From positions 77,022 through 141,021 of the forward strand of contig CAVZAM010000033.1 of the NCBI GenBank assembly GCA_963773285.1: a stretch of DNA of 64,000 bases, given 5' to 3'. The DNA comes from an uncultured delta proteobacterium (GTDB taxonomy: Bacteria > Desulfobacterota > Desulfobaccia > Desulfobaccales > 0-14-0-80-60-11). The position numbers and the translations under genes were made by a program. Positions within the stretch are counted from its first letter, which is position 1; the number at the start of each line of letters is the position of its first letter. Shown piece by piece: positions 28,101-37,409 of this stretch. The notes beneath the pieces were generated by a model. It was not told where the DNA came from. It saw only the letters and a list, made by a program, of their open reading frames with translations, and did no database searches.

Positions 28101-29605
28101 ATGAAGCCCAGGTTGGCTTTCTGGCCGATGGCCAGGATCACCACGTCGGCATTTTCGGTTTTAAGCTTATCTTCAAAATAGGTGGGGGCGAAGCGGCCGG
28201 TCTCGTCAAAGACCCGTTCCACGGCCTTCATCTCGAGGCCCGTAACTTTGCCGCCCTGGGCCGTTACCTGTTTGACGCCCCAGCGGTGCAGGAAGGGGAT
28301 GCCTTCGGCTTCGGCCTCCTCCACTTCCCAGGTGTTGGCGGGCATTTCGTCGCGGTTTTCCAGGCAGACGATGCTGACGTCCTTGGGGCCCAGGCGCTTG
28401 GCAGTCCGGGCCACGTCCATGGCCACGTTGCCGCCGCCCACGACGATGACTTTCTTGCCCTTGATATCGGGGGCTTTTTTGGCGGCCGCGTCCTTGAGGA
28501 ACTCAACGCCCCACAGCACCCCGTCGGCGTCGGAGCCGGGCACCGGGATGCGCAGCGAATCCTGGCAGCCCACCCCCAGATAAACGGCCCTGAAGCCGTC
28601 CCGGGTGAGCAGGTCGTTGATGGTGCGGCCGGGGCCGATGGGAGTGTTGCAGTGAATCTCCACCCCCAGCTTTTTGATGTAATTGATTTCTTTATCCAGA
28701 ACTTCCCGGGGCAGGCGGTAGGCCGGGATGCCGTAGCGCAGCCAGCCGCCGGGCTCGGGCGCGGCCTCGAAAATCACCGCTTTATAGCCCATCATGGTCA
28801 GGTGATAGGCGCAGGACAGGCCGCCGGGGCCGGAGCCGACGATGGCCACGGCACCTTCCTGTGGATCGATTTCGGGCATCGGCAGGGCGTCCCAGTCCAC
28901 CTGGTCGGCCACAAAACGCTTCAGGTCGCAGATGGCGATGGGTTCATCCATCTGCTGGCGGCGGCAGTCGGTCTCGCAGGGGTGGGGGCAGATGCGGCCG
29001 ATGGTCCCGGGCAGCGGCAGCCGGTCCATGATGAGGGCCAATGCCTCCGGGTATTTTTCCGCCTTGATGAGCTGCACGTAGCCCTGGGCGCTGAGATTGG
29101 CCGGGCAGGCCCTGACACAGGGGGCCCGGTCGAACTTCTTGATGGCGAAGGTGGAGGGGATGGCCTGGGGATAGAGGCGGTAGATGGCCTGGCCCTGGTT
29201 CAGCCCGATGTTGAACTCGTTTGGCACCCCCACCGGGCAGACCTCGGTGCAGGCGCCGCAGCCGGTGCACTTGGCCGGGTCGATGTAACGGGGTTCCTGC
29301 TCCAGGGTAACGGTGAAGTTCCCGGGCTCGCCCTTGATGTCGGTAATCTCGCTCAAGGTGAGAATTTCGACATTTAAATGGCGGCCGCACTCCACGAGTT
29401 TCGGGGAGATGATGCACATGGAGCAGTCGTTGGTGGGAAAGGTCTTGTCCAACTGCGCCATGACGCCGCCGATGGCCGACTTTTTTTCCACCAGATGAAC
29501 GTAGAAACCGGCGTTTGCCAGGTCCAGAGCTGCCTGCACCCCGGCGATGCCGGCCCCCACGACCATCACCTTGCCTACCGGTTTTTGGGGGGCCTGTGGT
29601 GCCAT
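25145..29605 (-). CDS. large HdrA-like flavoprotein fused with a GltD/NfnB-like NAD(P)H oxidoreductase module and a second HdrA module (three apparent frameshifts)
   Basis: The N-terminus VMVVGAGIAGVQAALDLA...DCSMCIISPK is HdrA-like. The insert CVRACPANL...IVGSGPGGLSCAY...GGGNVAMDVART is GltD-like. Two CVGSR(D/E)..C..CC motifs and C-terminal ferredoxin CxxCxxCxxxCP motifs are present. Frames switch at about 26556-26566, 26188-26203 and 26140-26146. Confidence 0.85.
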
Positions 29606-29869
29606 ATATATCCTTCCCTTGCTGATGTTTTGTATTCTAGAATGCTTGATGTTCAGGTATTGTGAAATACACCACTAGTCACTATATCGAAAAGCAGGCA
29701 AGCAAGTCAAGTAACAATCTTGGCAGGTGAAAACCTTTGAGAGAAGGCCCTTATTATGAGGAATAAGGAAGCTGGCTGAAGAGGGTGGTCCCGGATTTGA
29801 TCAAGGGGGGCTGGGAGTACGGGGTCCTGGGACAGGGGAGGGCACTTATTCCCAAAACCCCGGTTGGTC

Positions 29870-30046
29870 TCAGTTGACCCGAAGATACGGGACCAACCTG
29901 GAACCCCGGGAATCAGGGGCGGCCCGCACCAGCTGGGGCGCTGGGCCGTCCGCCAAAACACCCACCAACTGGCGGCACAACGGGCAGGTGAATTCAAACC
30001 GGTTCATCAGGCTGATGGCTGCGGCGCAAAAAGGGCACTTGAACAT
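29870..30046 (-). CDS. small zinc-ribbon protein (hypothetical)
   Basis: The ATG at 30046 gives MFKCPFCAAAISLMNRFEFTCPLCRQLV (CxxC-x14-CxxC). The C-terminal half is low-complexity, so the call is uncertain. Confidence 0.4.
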   Translation of the reverse strand: MFKCPFCAAAISLMNRFEFTCPLCRQLVGVLADGPAPQLVRAAPDSRGSRLVPYLRVN

Positions 30047-30096
30047 GGCGGTTACCTCTTGGACCAGAGTGGCACAAATACCGTAATGCTTTTGTA

Positions 30097-30118
30097 GGGG
30101 CACGGCTTGCCGTGCCCC
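30097..30118. repeat. perfect 10-bp inverted repeat hairpin
   Basis: GGGGCACGGC-TT-GCCGTGCCCC, lying between two small minus-strand ORFs. Confidence 0.8.
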
Positions 30119-30140
30119 GGCTCAGGGCAGTGGGACAATG

Positions 30141-30410
30141 CTAACGCCGCATCCGCCCCTTGAAATCATGCTCGTGGTGGTGCAGGGCCTCCCAGAGGCC
30201 ATGGTGCTCCACTTCGTGCTCCAGGCGGGGGAGGAAAAGGGTCTCATCCTGCTGGTGATGCAGTTCGCAGTTGCTCCGCAGGGTGTCCATCTTGCCTTCC
30301 ATGCGGTTGAGCTTACTCAACATAAGCACTGCACAGACCCCGATCATCAGGCCCACCAGGAAAAAAAGCGCCAGGGCCAACGGCAGCAGGGAAAAGGTCA
30401 TGGTTATCAT
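30141..30410 (-). CDS. small single-TM protein with His-rich C-terminus (paralog of 42901..43164)
   Basis: N-terminal TM LLPLALALFFLVGLMIGVCAVLML, then RMEGKMDTL...GLWEALHHHEH. It has the same length and motif order as the ORF at 42901..43164. Confidence 0.55.
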   Translation of the reverse strand: MITMTFSLLPLALALFFLVGLMIGVCAVLMLSKLNRMEGKMDTLRSNCELHHQQDETLFLPRLEHEVEHHGLWEALHHHEHDFKGRMRR

Positions 30411-30430
30411 CCGCCTTGGACGTTTTTTGT

Positions 30431-30505
30431 TTATCTCTCAAGGGATTGGGGGTGGTGGTGTGGGCGAGGGGGTAAGGACCCGCCGGCCCCTAGTCCCCTC
30501 ACCCA
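30431..30505. repeat. G/C-rich palindromic element (half-element, inverted orientation)
   Basis: AAGGGATTGGGGGTGGTGGTGTGGGCGAGGGGGTAAGGACCCGCCGGCCCCTAGTCCCCTCACCC matches the reverse complement of the HP1 side of 11941-12010. Confidence 0.75.
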
Positions 30506-30513
30506 CTCTCTCT

Positions 30514-31569
30514 CTACTCTTCCCACCCAGTGACCCGCACAATCTGGTTGGCGGTGTTGTTGTTGTCCAGGTACAGCCTGTGGGTGGCCGGCACCCCGCA
30601 GCTGAAGGCCAGGGCCCCCCGCACCCCATAGAGGGGCACGGCCGGCGGCGCGGCATGAAGAAGAATAGCCGGGTTGCTGCCGTCATAAGAAACCGCCAGC
30701 TTGACGTCGAAGCCGTTCGTGGCCGCAGCATAGCCCGTGAGGCGCCGGGCCGTGGGGGGTGCGGCCAGGGCCAGGTCGAAGGCGGTAAGGCCATTGATGG
30801 CGCCCAGGGCCAGGTCCCGGGGGGTATAGAAGGAGCAGGCGCCCCCTTCCTGGGCAAAGGGCACCAGGTTGCTGCCGGTGTCGTTTAAGATCATCCCCAG
30901 GGAGCGGCAGTTGGTCTTGGGGAGCACCACGAACCAGTCCCCCTGGGCGAGGCTCAGGGCCGCGCCGCGGTAGGTGATGGTGCCATTGGTGCCGTTATCG
31001 CTGTTGTTGGCGGTGATGGCCCGCATGAGGCCCCGGGAGGCCCCGGTGAGGACCAGGACCTTGCCGTCCACCAGCTCGTTGGCGATAAGGCCGTAGCCGA
31101 TGCCGGCGGTATTGGCATTGTTCCTCAGGGTGATGACCTGGGCCGCCTGGGAGGACACCCGCATCAGGGGCATGCCCTTGAGCATGAAAGTCGTGTCGGC
31201 CGAGCCCGCCACTGCCAGGACGGCGTACCACTGGCTGGCTTTCTCCGTGCCCCAGAGGCTGCCGGTGACGGCCAGGTCCAGGAGGCCAGGGACGGCGTTT
31301 TCCCGGTAGCGCCCGTCAGAGAGGCCGCCGTCCACCAGGGCCCCCCGGTGCAATGGCGATGGGAACCCGGAGAGCATGACCCGGGCTTTGCAGTCAGGAG
31401 TAGCGTTGACCTGGACCTGGGAAGGGCCCAGGTATTCCAGGGCAGGGCCTCGGGTCAACGCGAAGCTCTCCACCACCGCCTGCTCAATTTTGTCGAAGTC
31501 GCCCTTCAGGATGACCTGGCGGCCGGTGCCGCTGTTCCACTTGGACTGGGGAAGGTCAATCAAAGCCAT
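30514..31569 (-). CDS. phage tail fibre/receptor-binding accessory protein (hypothetical)
   Basis: 351-aa ORF directly downstream of the giant tail gene. It has a Gly/Ala/Asn/Thr-rich beta-type composition (NNANTAGIGYG, NNSDNGTNGTITY). Confidence 0.55.
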   Translation of the reverse strand: MALIDLPQSKWNSGTGRQVILKGDFDKIEQAVVESFALTRGPALEYLGPSQVQVNATPDCKARVMLSGFPSPLHRGALVDGGLSDGRYRENAVPGLLDLAVTGSLWGTEKASQWYAVLAVAGSADTTFMLKGMPLMRVSSQAAQVITLRNNANTAGIGYGLIANELVDGKVLVLTGASRGLMRAITANNSDNGTNGTITYRGAALSLAQGDWFVVLPKTNCRSLGMILNDTGSNLVPFAQEGGACSFYTPRDLALGAINGLTAFDLALAAPPTARRLTGYAAATNGFDVKLAVSYDGSNPAILLHAAPPAVPLYGVRGALAFSCGVPATHRLYLDNNNTANQIVRVTGWEE

Positions 31570-31595
31570 GATGCCGCCTCACTTTTTCTATAAAT

Positions 31596-31650
31596 TTGGC
31601 TTATTGGGAGGAGGGCCCACTTGGCCCTTAGCCCCTTCCCCCACTAAACT
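31596..31650. repeat. G/C-rich palindromic element (short variant)
   Basis: GGGAGGAGGGCCCACTTGGCCCTTAGCCCCTTCCCCC, in the gap between two tail genes. Confidence 0.65.
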
Positions 31651-31658
31651 TCTATGAC

Positions 31659-34600
31659 TCAGCCGGCACAGGACCGGTTATTCCAATTGGCATCCAGCTT
31701 GTTGTCCTGGTCAATGGCATCGGCATCGTAGGTGGTGCCCGCCGCATCCACGGCCCAGGCGCAGGTGTTGGTGAAGGGCCGGGCCAGGTTCAAGCTGACC
31801 CGCCGGGCCTCCAGGTCCACGGACTTGCCGTACACCGAGAATTCCTCCCGGGTGTAGCCGTGGAAGGGGGAGGTGATGGCCAGGGTGTCGCCGATTTCCA
31901 GGCGGGCTCCCTCCAGCCAGGTGTCCAGATCCACCACCTCCCAGGGGGAGGACAGGCGCTGCAACAGGCGGGCGGCCAGCAACTGGCCCACGGCCGGGTC
32001 TTCCAGGACCACCCGGGAGCTGTACCTCAGATCGAGATCCACCGCCGCTTCCCCCAGGGAGGCAATTTTGGCGCTGTCCCGGGCCTCGCAGTACCGGCTG
32101 TTGTCCTGGTTGTAGTCGGCGAAATACAGCCTCACCAGGTTTTTCGCCCCGGCCAGCTGATAGCCGGAGGCGAGAGAGCGGATGCGGGCGGGGTCCAGGC
32201 TCACCAGGTTGTCCGCCAGCATGAAGCCCCACAACTTGTCGAACCAGGTCCAATCCCCCGTATCCTGACCATGGGCCAGGGCCGGCCCCATCATCAGCAC
32301 CAGGGCCTCCGTGGACCCCAGGCGCTCCACGAAGACGTAGTTGGGGGCATACTCCCAGACATCCGTGGCCTCAAGATAGGTGAAAGGGATGAGGTCGGCA
32401 TTGAGGAGATTTGGCTTGGCGTCGCCGGCATGCTGGAAGAGCCAGCTCATGAGCGTGTCGAAATGGGCCGCATCCTCGGGAATGCCGGGGAAAGGAAATG
32501 CCGCACCCTTGAGCCCGTGCGCGGCCAGACCGAAGGACTGAATCACCAGGGCGTTGAGCCAGGCATAGTGGTAGTCGCTCTTATAGCCGCCGCCGTACTC
32601 CTGGCTCTGCCGGTTCAGGCGCAGATCATCCAGGATGCGCCGGGCCCAGGTGGCCGCCGAGGCTTGCCCGCCTCGCAGGTAGGTGTACAGGCAACCCAGG
32701 GCCAGAGAGGCGGCCGCCCCGGGGTCGTAGGCGCCGTAGGTGAAGCCGTACTCGGAAAAATAAATGGGGAATTTCCAGCCGCTGCCCTCCGGCGCCCCAT
32801 ACGCGTCCAGCCAGGCCAGCCAGTTTTCCAGGATGTCCCGGGCCCCGGGGTCATTGCTGATAAAGTAAAACTGGGCCAGGCGGTAAAAAGACCAGTACTG
32901 CCCTAAAGCGTGGCCCACCTCCGGGTAGGCGCTGCCGTTTTCAACCCCCTGGATTACGGCCCAGCGCCCGCTGATCTCGCCCTGGTCCATGCCCCGGGCG
33001 TGCACCCGGACAAAGTCGATCTGCCCCGGAAATACCGCGCCCGTACTTTGCCACCGGCCCAAATACAGCGGCTCGGCCACCGGCGTGAGGGTCGGGGTGT
33101 AGGTGAGGGAGGCCGCCAGGGTGCCGTTGACATAAAAGTTGACGACGCTCCCGGTCCTGGTGGCCACCACGTAATACCAGGCGTTTTTGGGGCTGGCGCT
33201 GCCGGCGACCACGGTGGCGGCGCCGTTCAAAACACAGGTGAATTTGTTGCTGGCATCCCGCCCCAGGCTGTAACTGCCCAAGCCGCCGATGTTGCCCTTT
33301 TGCAGGATGCCCCCACCCACGCCGTCGGCGGTGGGATAGACCAGGGCCTCCAGGGTGAAATCGCCGCTTGGATTCAGGCTGGCATGGTCCGGCACCGTGA
33401 GGTAGCGGGACCCGGAGCAGTCGGCGCTGGTCTGGCCGGGCTGGCACAGGCCGGAGGCGTAGGTGGGGGTACCCACCCAGGCGGCGTCGTTGCCGTTGCC
33501 GCTGGCGTCCTGGGGAGAAGCGTTGAAGGGCCAGTACCCCGCCAATTTGCCGTAGTCACGGTACTTGGGCCACCAGCAGAACTTCCCGAAATTTTCTTCG
33601 CCGCACAGGGAGATGTTTTCCAGGTCATTGCGGGTGTGCACCGGCATAACCGGGCCTTTCAAGCCGCCGTAACGCCGGTTGAATTCGTCCTGGGCGTCCC
33701 GGTGCAGCCCGAGAAAGGTCTGGCTCAGGTTTGACGCACCCACCAGGTAGGGGGCCAGCGGGTGGGCGTAGTGCACCAGGGTGGGGCCCCGCCAGGGGCT
33801 CTGGCCGTAGGGCCCCAGGGAAATGGCCAGCCGCGGCACCAGGGGGTAAGGGTCGTCGGCCACGATATTAAGCCCCACGTCGTCCAGCCACCACTCGTGG
33901 GTCTCCAGCCCCTGCTGCTCGATCTTGAACTCCAGGAGCCGGAGTTGCGTGGCCCCGGCAAAGCTCTGGCGGGCGTCGAACTTGAGGTCGGTGATATACA
34001 TGGCGCCGTTGGTGGGGGGGGAGGAGGCAATGCCGATGTCCACTATCTGGAGGGGATGAACCATGGGGCTTGACCCCGATTCCACCTGCATGCCCCCCAG
34101 GTTCACGGTCACCCGCTGCCAGGTATTGGTGGTAACGGTTTGGTTCTGGTAGAAATAGCTCCCCTGGGCATCTTTGACCTTCACCCGGATGGTAAGCGAA
34201 CCTGCCCCCGATACCACGGGATTGATGAGAAAATTGATATTGCCGCGGCCCTGGGAGGGGCAGCGGTTGGTGTCGATGCCCACCCAGGCCCCGAAGGACG
34301 TGACCCCGGGGCCGAAATCCCAGGCCACCTGGCATTGCGTGTAATAGGTATCCCCGAAGATGATCTCGGTCACCCCCCGGTCGCTGATGACGATGGAGTC
34401 GGCGCCCTGCTGGCCGGCGGCATACCAGGACCCCCAGGTGGCCCGCTCCCGGTCCCGGTCGTCGATGATATTGTCCCGCCGCCAGAATTGGCTGAAGGGA
34501 ATCTCAAAGGGGGTGAGCTCGGTGAAGCGGTCCGGGATGGCATGGACAAAGGTGTGGGCCTCGCTGAAGGGGTCGGGGTTGCCGGGGGTGGAATTGTTCA

Positions 34601-35786
34601 GGGTGACCAGCAGCCGGCGGGGGTATTCTTCAGGCTCCCCCGCCAGAAAGGTCCAGTAATCGCCGCTCACAAAATCAGCGCCGCTCCCCGCTTCCCAGGC
34701 CACCGACACACCGCCCCAGAGGGCCAGGGGGTGGTTCCGGTCCCCGGTGATCAGCCCCGTACCGGTCCAGGTGATGCCGCCGTCCTTGGACCAGCGGAAG
34801 GTGGCCTGTCCCACCTCCCCCCCGGACTCCATCTGGATCACGAAATACCTTCTTTCGAGACGGGTGTAGTCCCCGGACAGGATCAGGGTGGCGGAGCCAG
34901 TGCCGTATTTGGTGACGTCGTGGAGCCGCCACTGGAAGCCCGTGCCCTGCAGCTTGAAAGACACCCGGTCGATGGCCGCAAAGGGGGCCTTCTCCAAAGA
35001 CCAGTTCAGCCCGTACCCCCACCAGGCGCCGTCCGTCTGGGCCGGCAGGTCGGCGCGCACGTGCAGCACCCTTCCTTCGGCGCCCTGGGCCAGCTCGGTG
35101 TTGAACACCTGGAAGGTCCCGCCCGCCCGGGTGTCGTCCCGGTAAAGGAAATAAGCCCCCCGCTCCCAGAGTTGGCGCTCAAAGGTATCATACACCAGGG
35201 GGGAGGTGGCGCTGGCCTCCCGGGCCACCGCTGCGTCCCACAGGAACTGGCAGGCCTCGCTGAAGTCCTCCCCCCGCTCCCGGCCGGCCAGGTGCAGGTA
35301 AACCATGAGGTCCAGCATGCGGTCCACCGCAAAGTCATAGGTATAGTCCGACTGGCTGCGGCAGGCCTGCCTGATGCACGGGTAATTATTGAGGGCCGCA
35401 TATTTTTCGGAGGTTTCCCCGGTATAATAAATGTAGAAGAGCTGCACTGGCGTTCCCGGGGAGAGGGTGTTGCCCAGGGTCAGGGTGGTGGTTGGTCCCT
35501 GCTGGCTGAAAGACCCCCCCGCATAATAATCCGTCAGGTCCCCGTCCATGGGGTCGGCCCAGAAACCGTCCCAGGCAAAGCTCGTTTCCTGGTGCCAGAC
35601 CCCCCGCACATAAGCCACCTGGCCGCCGCCCGGGTTGGGGCTGGTAATCTGCACCGTGCCGTTCAGACCAACCTGGGCCGTGGCCCGATCGGCCCTGCCG
35701 GACACCGTGGCCATAAGCGGGGTTCCCCCCAGGTTGTCATAGACCCAGTTGAACTGGGACGATCTGGCCCAATCAATACGCGCCAT
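31659..35786 (-). CDS. giant distal tail / host-specificity protein with LamG-like domain
   Basis: 1375-aa ORF with a LamG/concanavalin-like block (GNGNDAAWVG..FTLEALVYP..WYYVVATRTGSVVNFYVNG..IDFVRVH). A W/Y-rich region follows that may be glycosidase-like (inference). The C-terminus LEIGDTLAITSPFHGY looks like a tail-tip protein. Confidence 0.75.
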   Translation of the reverse strand: MARIDWARSSQFNWVYDNLGGTPLMATVSGRADRATAQVGLNGTVQITSPNPGGGQVAYVRGVWHQETSFAWDGFWADPMDGDLTDYYAGGSFSQQGPTTTLTLGNTLSPGTPVQLFYIYYTGETSEKYAALNNYPCIRQACRSQSDYTYDFAVDRMLDLMVYLHLAGRERGEDFSEACQFLWDAAVAREASATSPLVYDTFERQLWERGAYFLYRDDTRAGGTFQVFNTELAQGAEGRVLHVRADLPAQTDGAWWGYGLNWSLEKAPFAAIDRVSFKLQGTGFQWRLHDVTKYGTGSATLILSGDYTRLERRYFVIQMESGGEVGQATFRWSKDGGITWTGTGLITGDRNHPLALWGGVSVAWEAGSGADFVSGDYWTFLAGEPEEYPRRLLVTLNNSTPGNPDPFSEAHTFVHAIPDRFTELTPFEIPFSQFWRRDNIIDDRDRERATWGSWYAAGQQGADSIVISDRGVTEIIFGDTYYTQCQVAWDFGPGVTSFGAWVGIDTNRCPSQGRGNINFLINPVVSGAGSLTIRVKVKDAQGSYFYQNQTVTTNTWQRVTVNLGGMQVESGSSPMVHPLQIVDIGIASSPPTNGAMYITDLKFDARQSFAGATQLRLLEFKIEQQGLETHEWWLDDVGLNIVADDPYPLVPRLAISLGPYGQSPWRGPTLVHYAHPLAPYLVGASNLSQTFLGLHRDAQDEFNRRYGGLKGPVMPVHTRNDLENISLCGEENFGKFCWWPKYRDYGKLAGYWPFNASPQDASGNGNDAAWVGTPTYASGLCQPGQTSADCSGSRYLTVPDHASLNPSGDFTLEALVYPTADGVGGGILQKGNIGGLGSYSLGRDASNKFTCVLNGAATVVAGSASPKNAWYYVVATRTGSVVNFYVNGTLAASLTYTPTLTPVAEPLYLGRWQSTGAVFPGQIDFVRVHARGMDQGEISGRWAVIQGVENGSAYPEVGHALGQYWSFYRLAQFYFISNDPGARDILENWLAWLDAYGAPEGSGWKFPIYFSEYGFTYGAYDPGAAASLALGCLYTYLRGGQASAATWARRILDDLRLNRQSQEYGGGYKSDYHYAWLNALVIQSFGLAAHGLKGAAFPFPGIPEDAAHFDTLMSWLFQHAGDAKPNLLNADLIPFTYLEATDVWEYAPNYVFVERLGSTEALVLMMGPALAHGQDTGDWTWFDKLWGFMLADNLVSLDPARIRSLASGYQLAGAKNLVRLYFADYNQDNSRYCEARDSAKIASLGEAAVDLDLRYSSRVVLEDPAVGQLLAARLLQRLSSPWEVVDLDTWLEGARLEIGDTLAITSPFHGYTREEFSVYGKSVDLEARRVSLNLARPFTNTCAWAVDAAGTTYDADAIDQDNKLDANWNNRSCAG

Positions 35787-35790
35787 CAGT

Positions 35791-37377
35791 CTAATCCTCC
35801 CCCAGGTAAGCCCTGATCTTGATCATGCCAAAGTCCACCCACAGGTCATATAAACAGCGCTGCAAGACCTCACGGAGGGCCTGGCTGGCGGAGATATTCT
35901 CGAAGCAGGCCCCCACGACGTACTCCGGCGTCAGGCTCTTGGCCAGGTTGAATGACTCCTGGTCCACTGCCTCGCTTAACCCCACTGCCGCCAAGATATC
36001 CACCATGATGTCTACCGGGTGGGTGATGCCGTCTTTTACCACCCGGGCGCTTACCTGGGCGGTCTGGCCGGTTACCAGAACGTCGCCGGTTTCAAGGTTG
36101 GCGCTCACACCCTCAAAAACCTCCTCGTCATTTAGATAAATGGCGGTGATGGCCTCGAAGGGCGCGCCGGCCAGGCTGTAAGTGTAGATTGGCGCCTGGG
36201 CCGTGAAGGTGCAGACGTCACCGGCCGCCAGATCAGTGCCGATGCCCGGCTGCCAGTACACTGACAACCCCTCCGAGAGGGTCACCGGGTTGTCGGCCCC
36301 GCCGCAGATCAGCCCGGTCTTTTCCCAACTCTGGCCGCTGTTGATGGACCACCTGAACGTAGCCGAACCCACCTCCCCGGTAGCCTCGATTTGCAGGTAA
36401 TAATTAGTAACCACATCCCCGCGGTAATCTCCGAGAACCAGCAGACTGGCGCTGCCGCTGCCGCTTTTGGCCGGAGAACCCACCACCGCTGGCGTGAACT
36501 GCATCAGCTCGCCCCCGGTCCGGTAAAAGCCATGCATAAAAGGGTGACGCATCCCATCCGGGGTGGGGGCGCCCAGGACCTGGTTCAGGCGATAGGTGAT
36601 CCAGTCCTGGGTCGCAAGTTTCACCTGGTGACGCTCCTGCCAGCCGTCCGCCATGTTATCGAGGCCGGTCACCGCTCCCTGGTAGACCAGCAGCCAGTCC
36701 GCCTGGCCGTCGGCCAGCTCGAAGCCGTGATACAGGGCCAGGAGTTTTTCCTCCCAGGGCAGGCCCAGCACCGTAAAGTTATCCCCGCCCGGCAGCCACT
36801 GGGCCTGCCGGTTGTCCAGGCTTAAAGTGTGGCTGCCGCTTTTGAGCCCGCTGAAGTCCCGGGCCAGGTCCACCTGCACCGCCCCGGGGCTCAGCAGCTC
36901 GCTCTCCGGGATGCTCATCCGGCCCGCCAGGTTAAGCCCGGAGATGTAAGCCGGATAGGTGCCGCTGCCCGAGCCCGCCTGGAATTCCACCCTCACCTGA
37001 AAATAAGGCCAAAGGGCGTATTCCACCTGGGAGGCGAGCGGCACGTAGGCCGCCCCGGCCACCTGGTCCAGCGAGGCCGCCCCCCTGAGATAAACCAGGG
37101 CTCCCGGGGAGCCGCTGTGGTCTTCCCAGGAAGGGATCACGTTGTCAATCTGGGCAGAAAAAGTCTGCATCACTGGAGACGTCCAGGACCCGGAGGCAGC
37201 ACCCTGGTCCAACTCAATTCTGCCGGATTCGCCCCCGTAGTGCGCCTGCTCGAACGCCCCGGAGCCAGGCCCCAACCCATAATCCAGGTCAAAGGGGAAA
37301 AGCACTGCCTTGACCCGTGGTCTGGCCCCCCTGAGCCTCGCTTCTTCCTGGAGAAATGCCCCGCTCACCTGTCTCAT
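35791..37377 (-). CDS. phage tail protein (hub/tip-associated, hypothetical)
   Basis: 528-aa ORF between a small tail ORF and the giant tail gene. It shares a ~70-aa module (YYLQIEATGEVGSATFRWSINSGQSW...GDVCTFTA) with 31659..35786. Confidence 0.65.
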   Translation of the reverse strand: MRQVSGAFLQEEARLRGARPRVKAVLFPFDLDYGLGPGSGAFEQAHYGGESGRIELDQGAASGSWTSPVMQTFSAQIDNVIPSWEDHSGSPGALVYLRGAASLDQVAGAAYVPLASQVEYALWPYFQVRVEFQAGSGSGTYPAYISGLNLAGRMSIPESELLSPGAVQVDLARDFSGLKSGSHTLSLDNRQAQWLPGGDNFTVLGLPWEEKLLALYHGFELADGQADWLLVYQGAVTGLDNMADGWQERHQVKLATQDWITYRLNQVLGAPTPDGMRHPFMHGFYRTGGELMQFTPAVVGSPAKSGSGSASLLVLGDYRGDVVTNYYLQIEATGEVGSATFRWSINSGQSWEKTGLICGGADNPVTLSEGLSVYWQPGIGTDLAAGDVCTFTAQAPIYTYSLAGAPFEAITAIYLNDEEVFEGVSANLETGDVLVTGQTAQVSARVVKDGITHPVDIMVDILAAVGLSEAVDQESFNLAKSLTPEYVVGACFENISASQALREVLQRCLYDLWVDFGMIKIRAYLGED

Positions 37378-37409
37378 GGCTTATCCTTAAATTCACAGCC
37401 CATAGCCGG

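Noticed and set aside
26555-29377. 940-aa plus-strand ORF
   Set aside because: It is antisense to the HdrA-GltD fusion gene. It has no motifs, and its composition (G/A/D/V/H runs) is typical of shadow ORFs.
29660-29666. TTGTGAA upstream of the hdrL-like gene, considered as a Rex operator
   Set aside because: Only one half-site is present. The expected inverted TTCACAA partner at the correct spacing is absent.
29757-29766. 10-mer TGAGGAATAA shared with 50805-50814, considered as att core repeats flanking the phage cluster
   Set aside because: It is too short, since a match of this size is expected by chance between two ~500-bp windows. There is no extended flanking identity and no integrase.
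34140-35816. 558-aa plus-strand ORF (and 31860..32906, 348 aa)
   Set aside because: Both are antisense shadows of the 1375-aa tail gene. They are Gly/Pro/Arg-rich with no start context.
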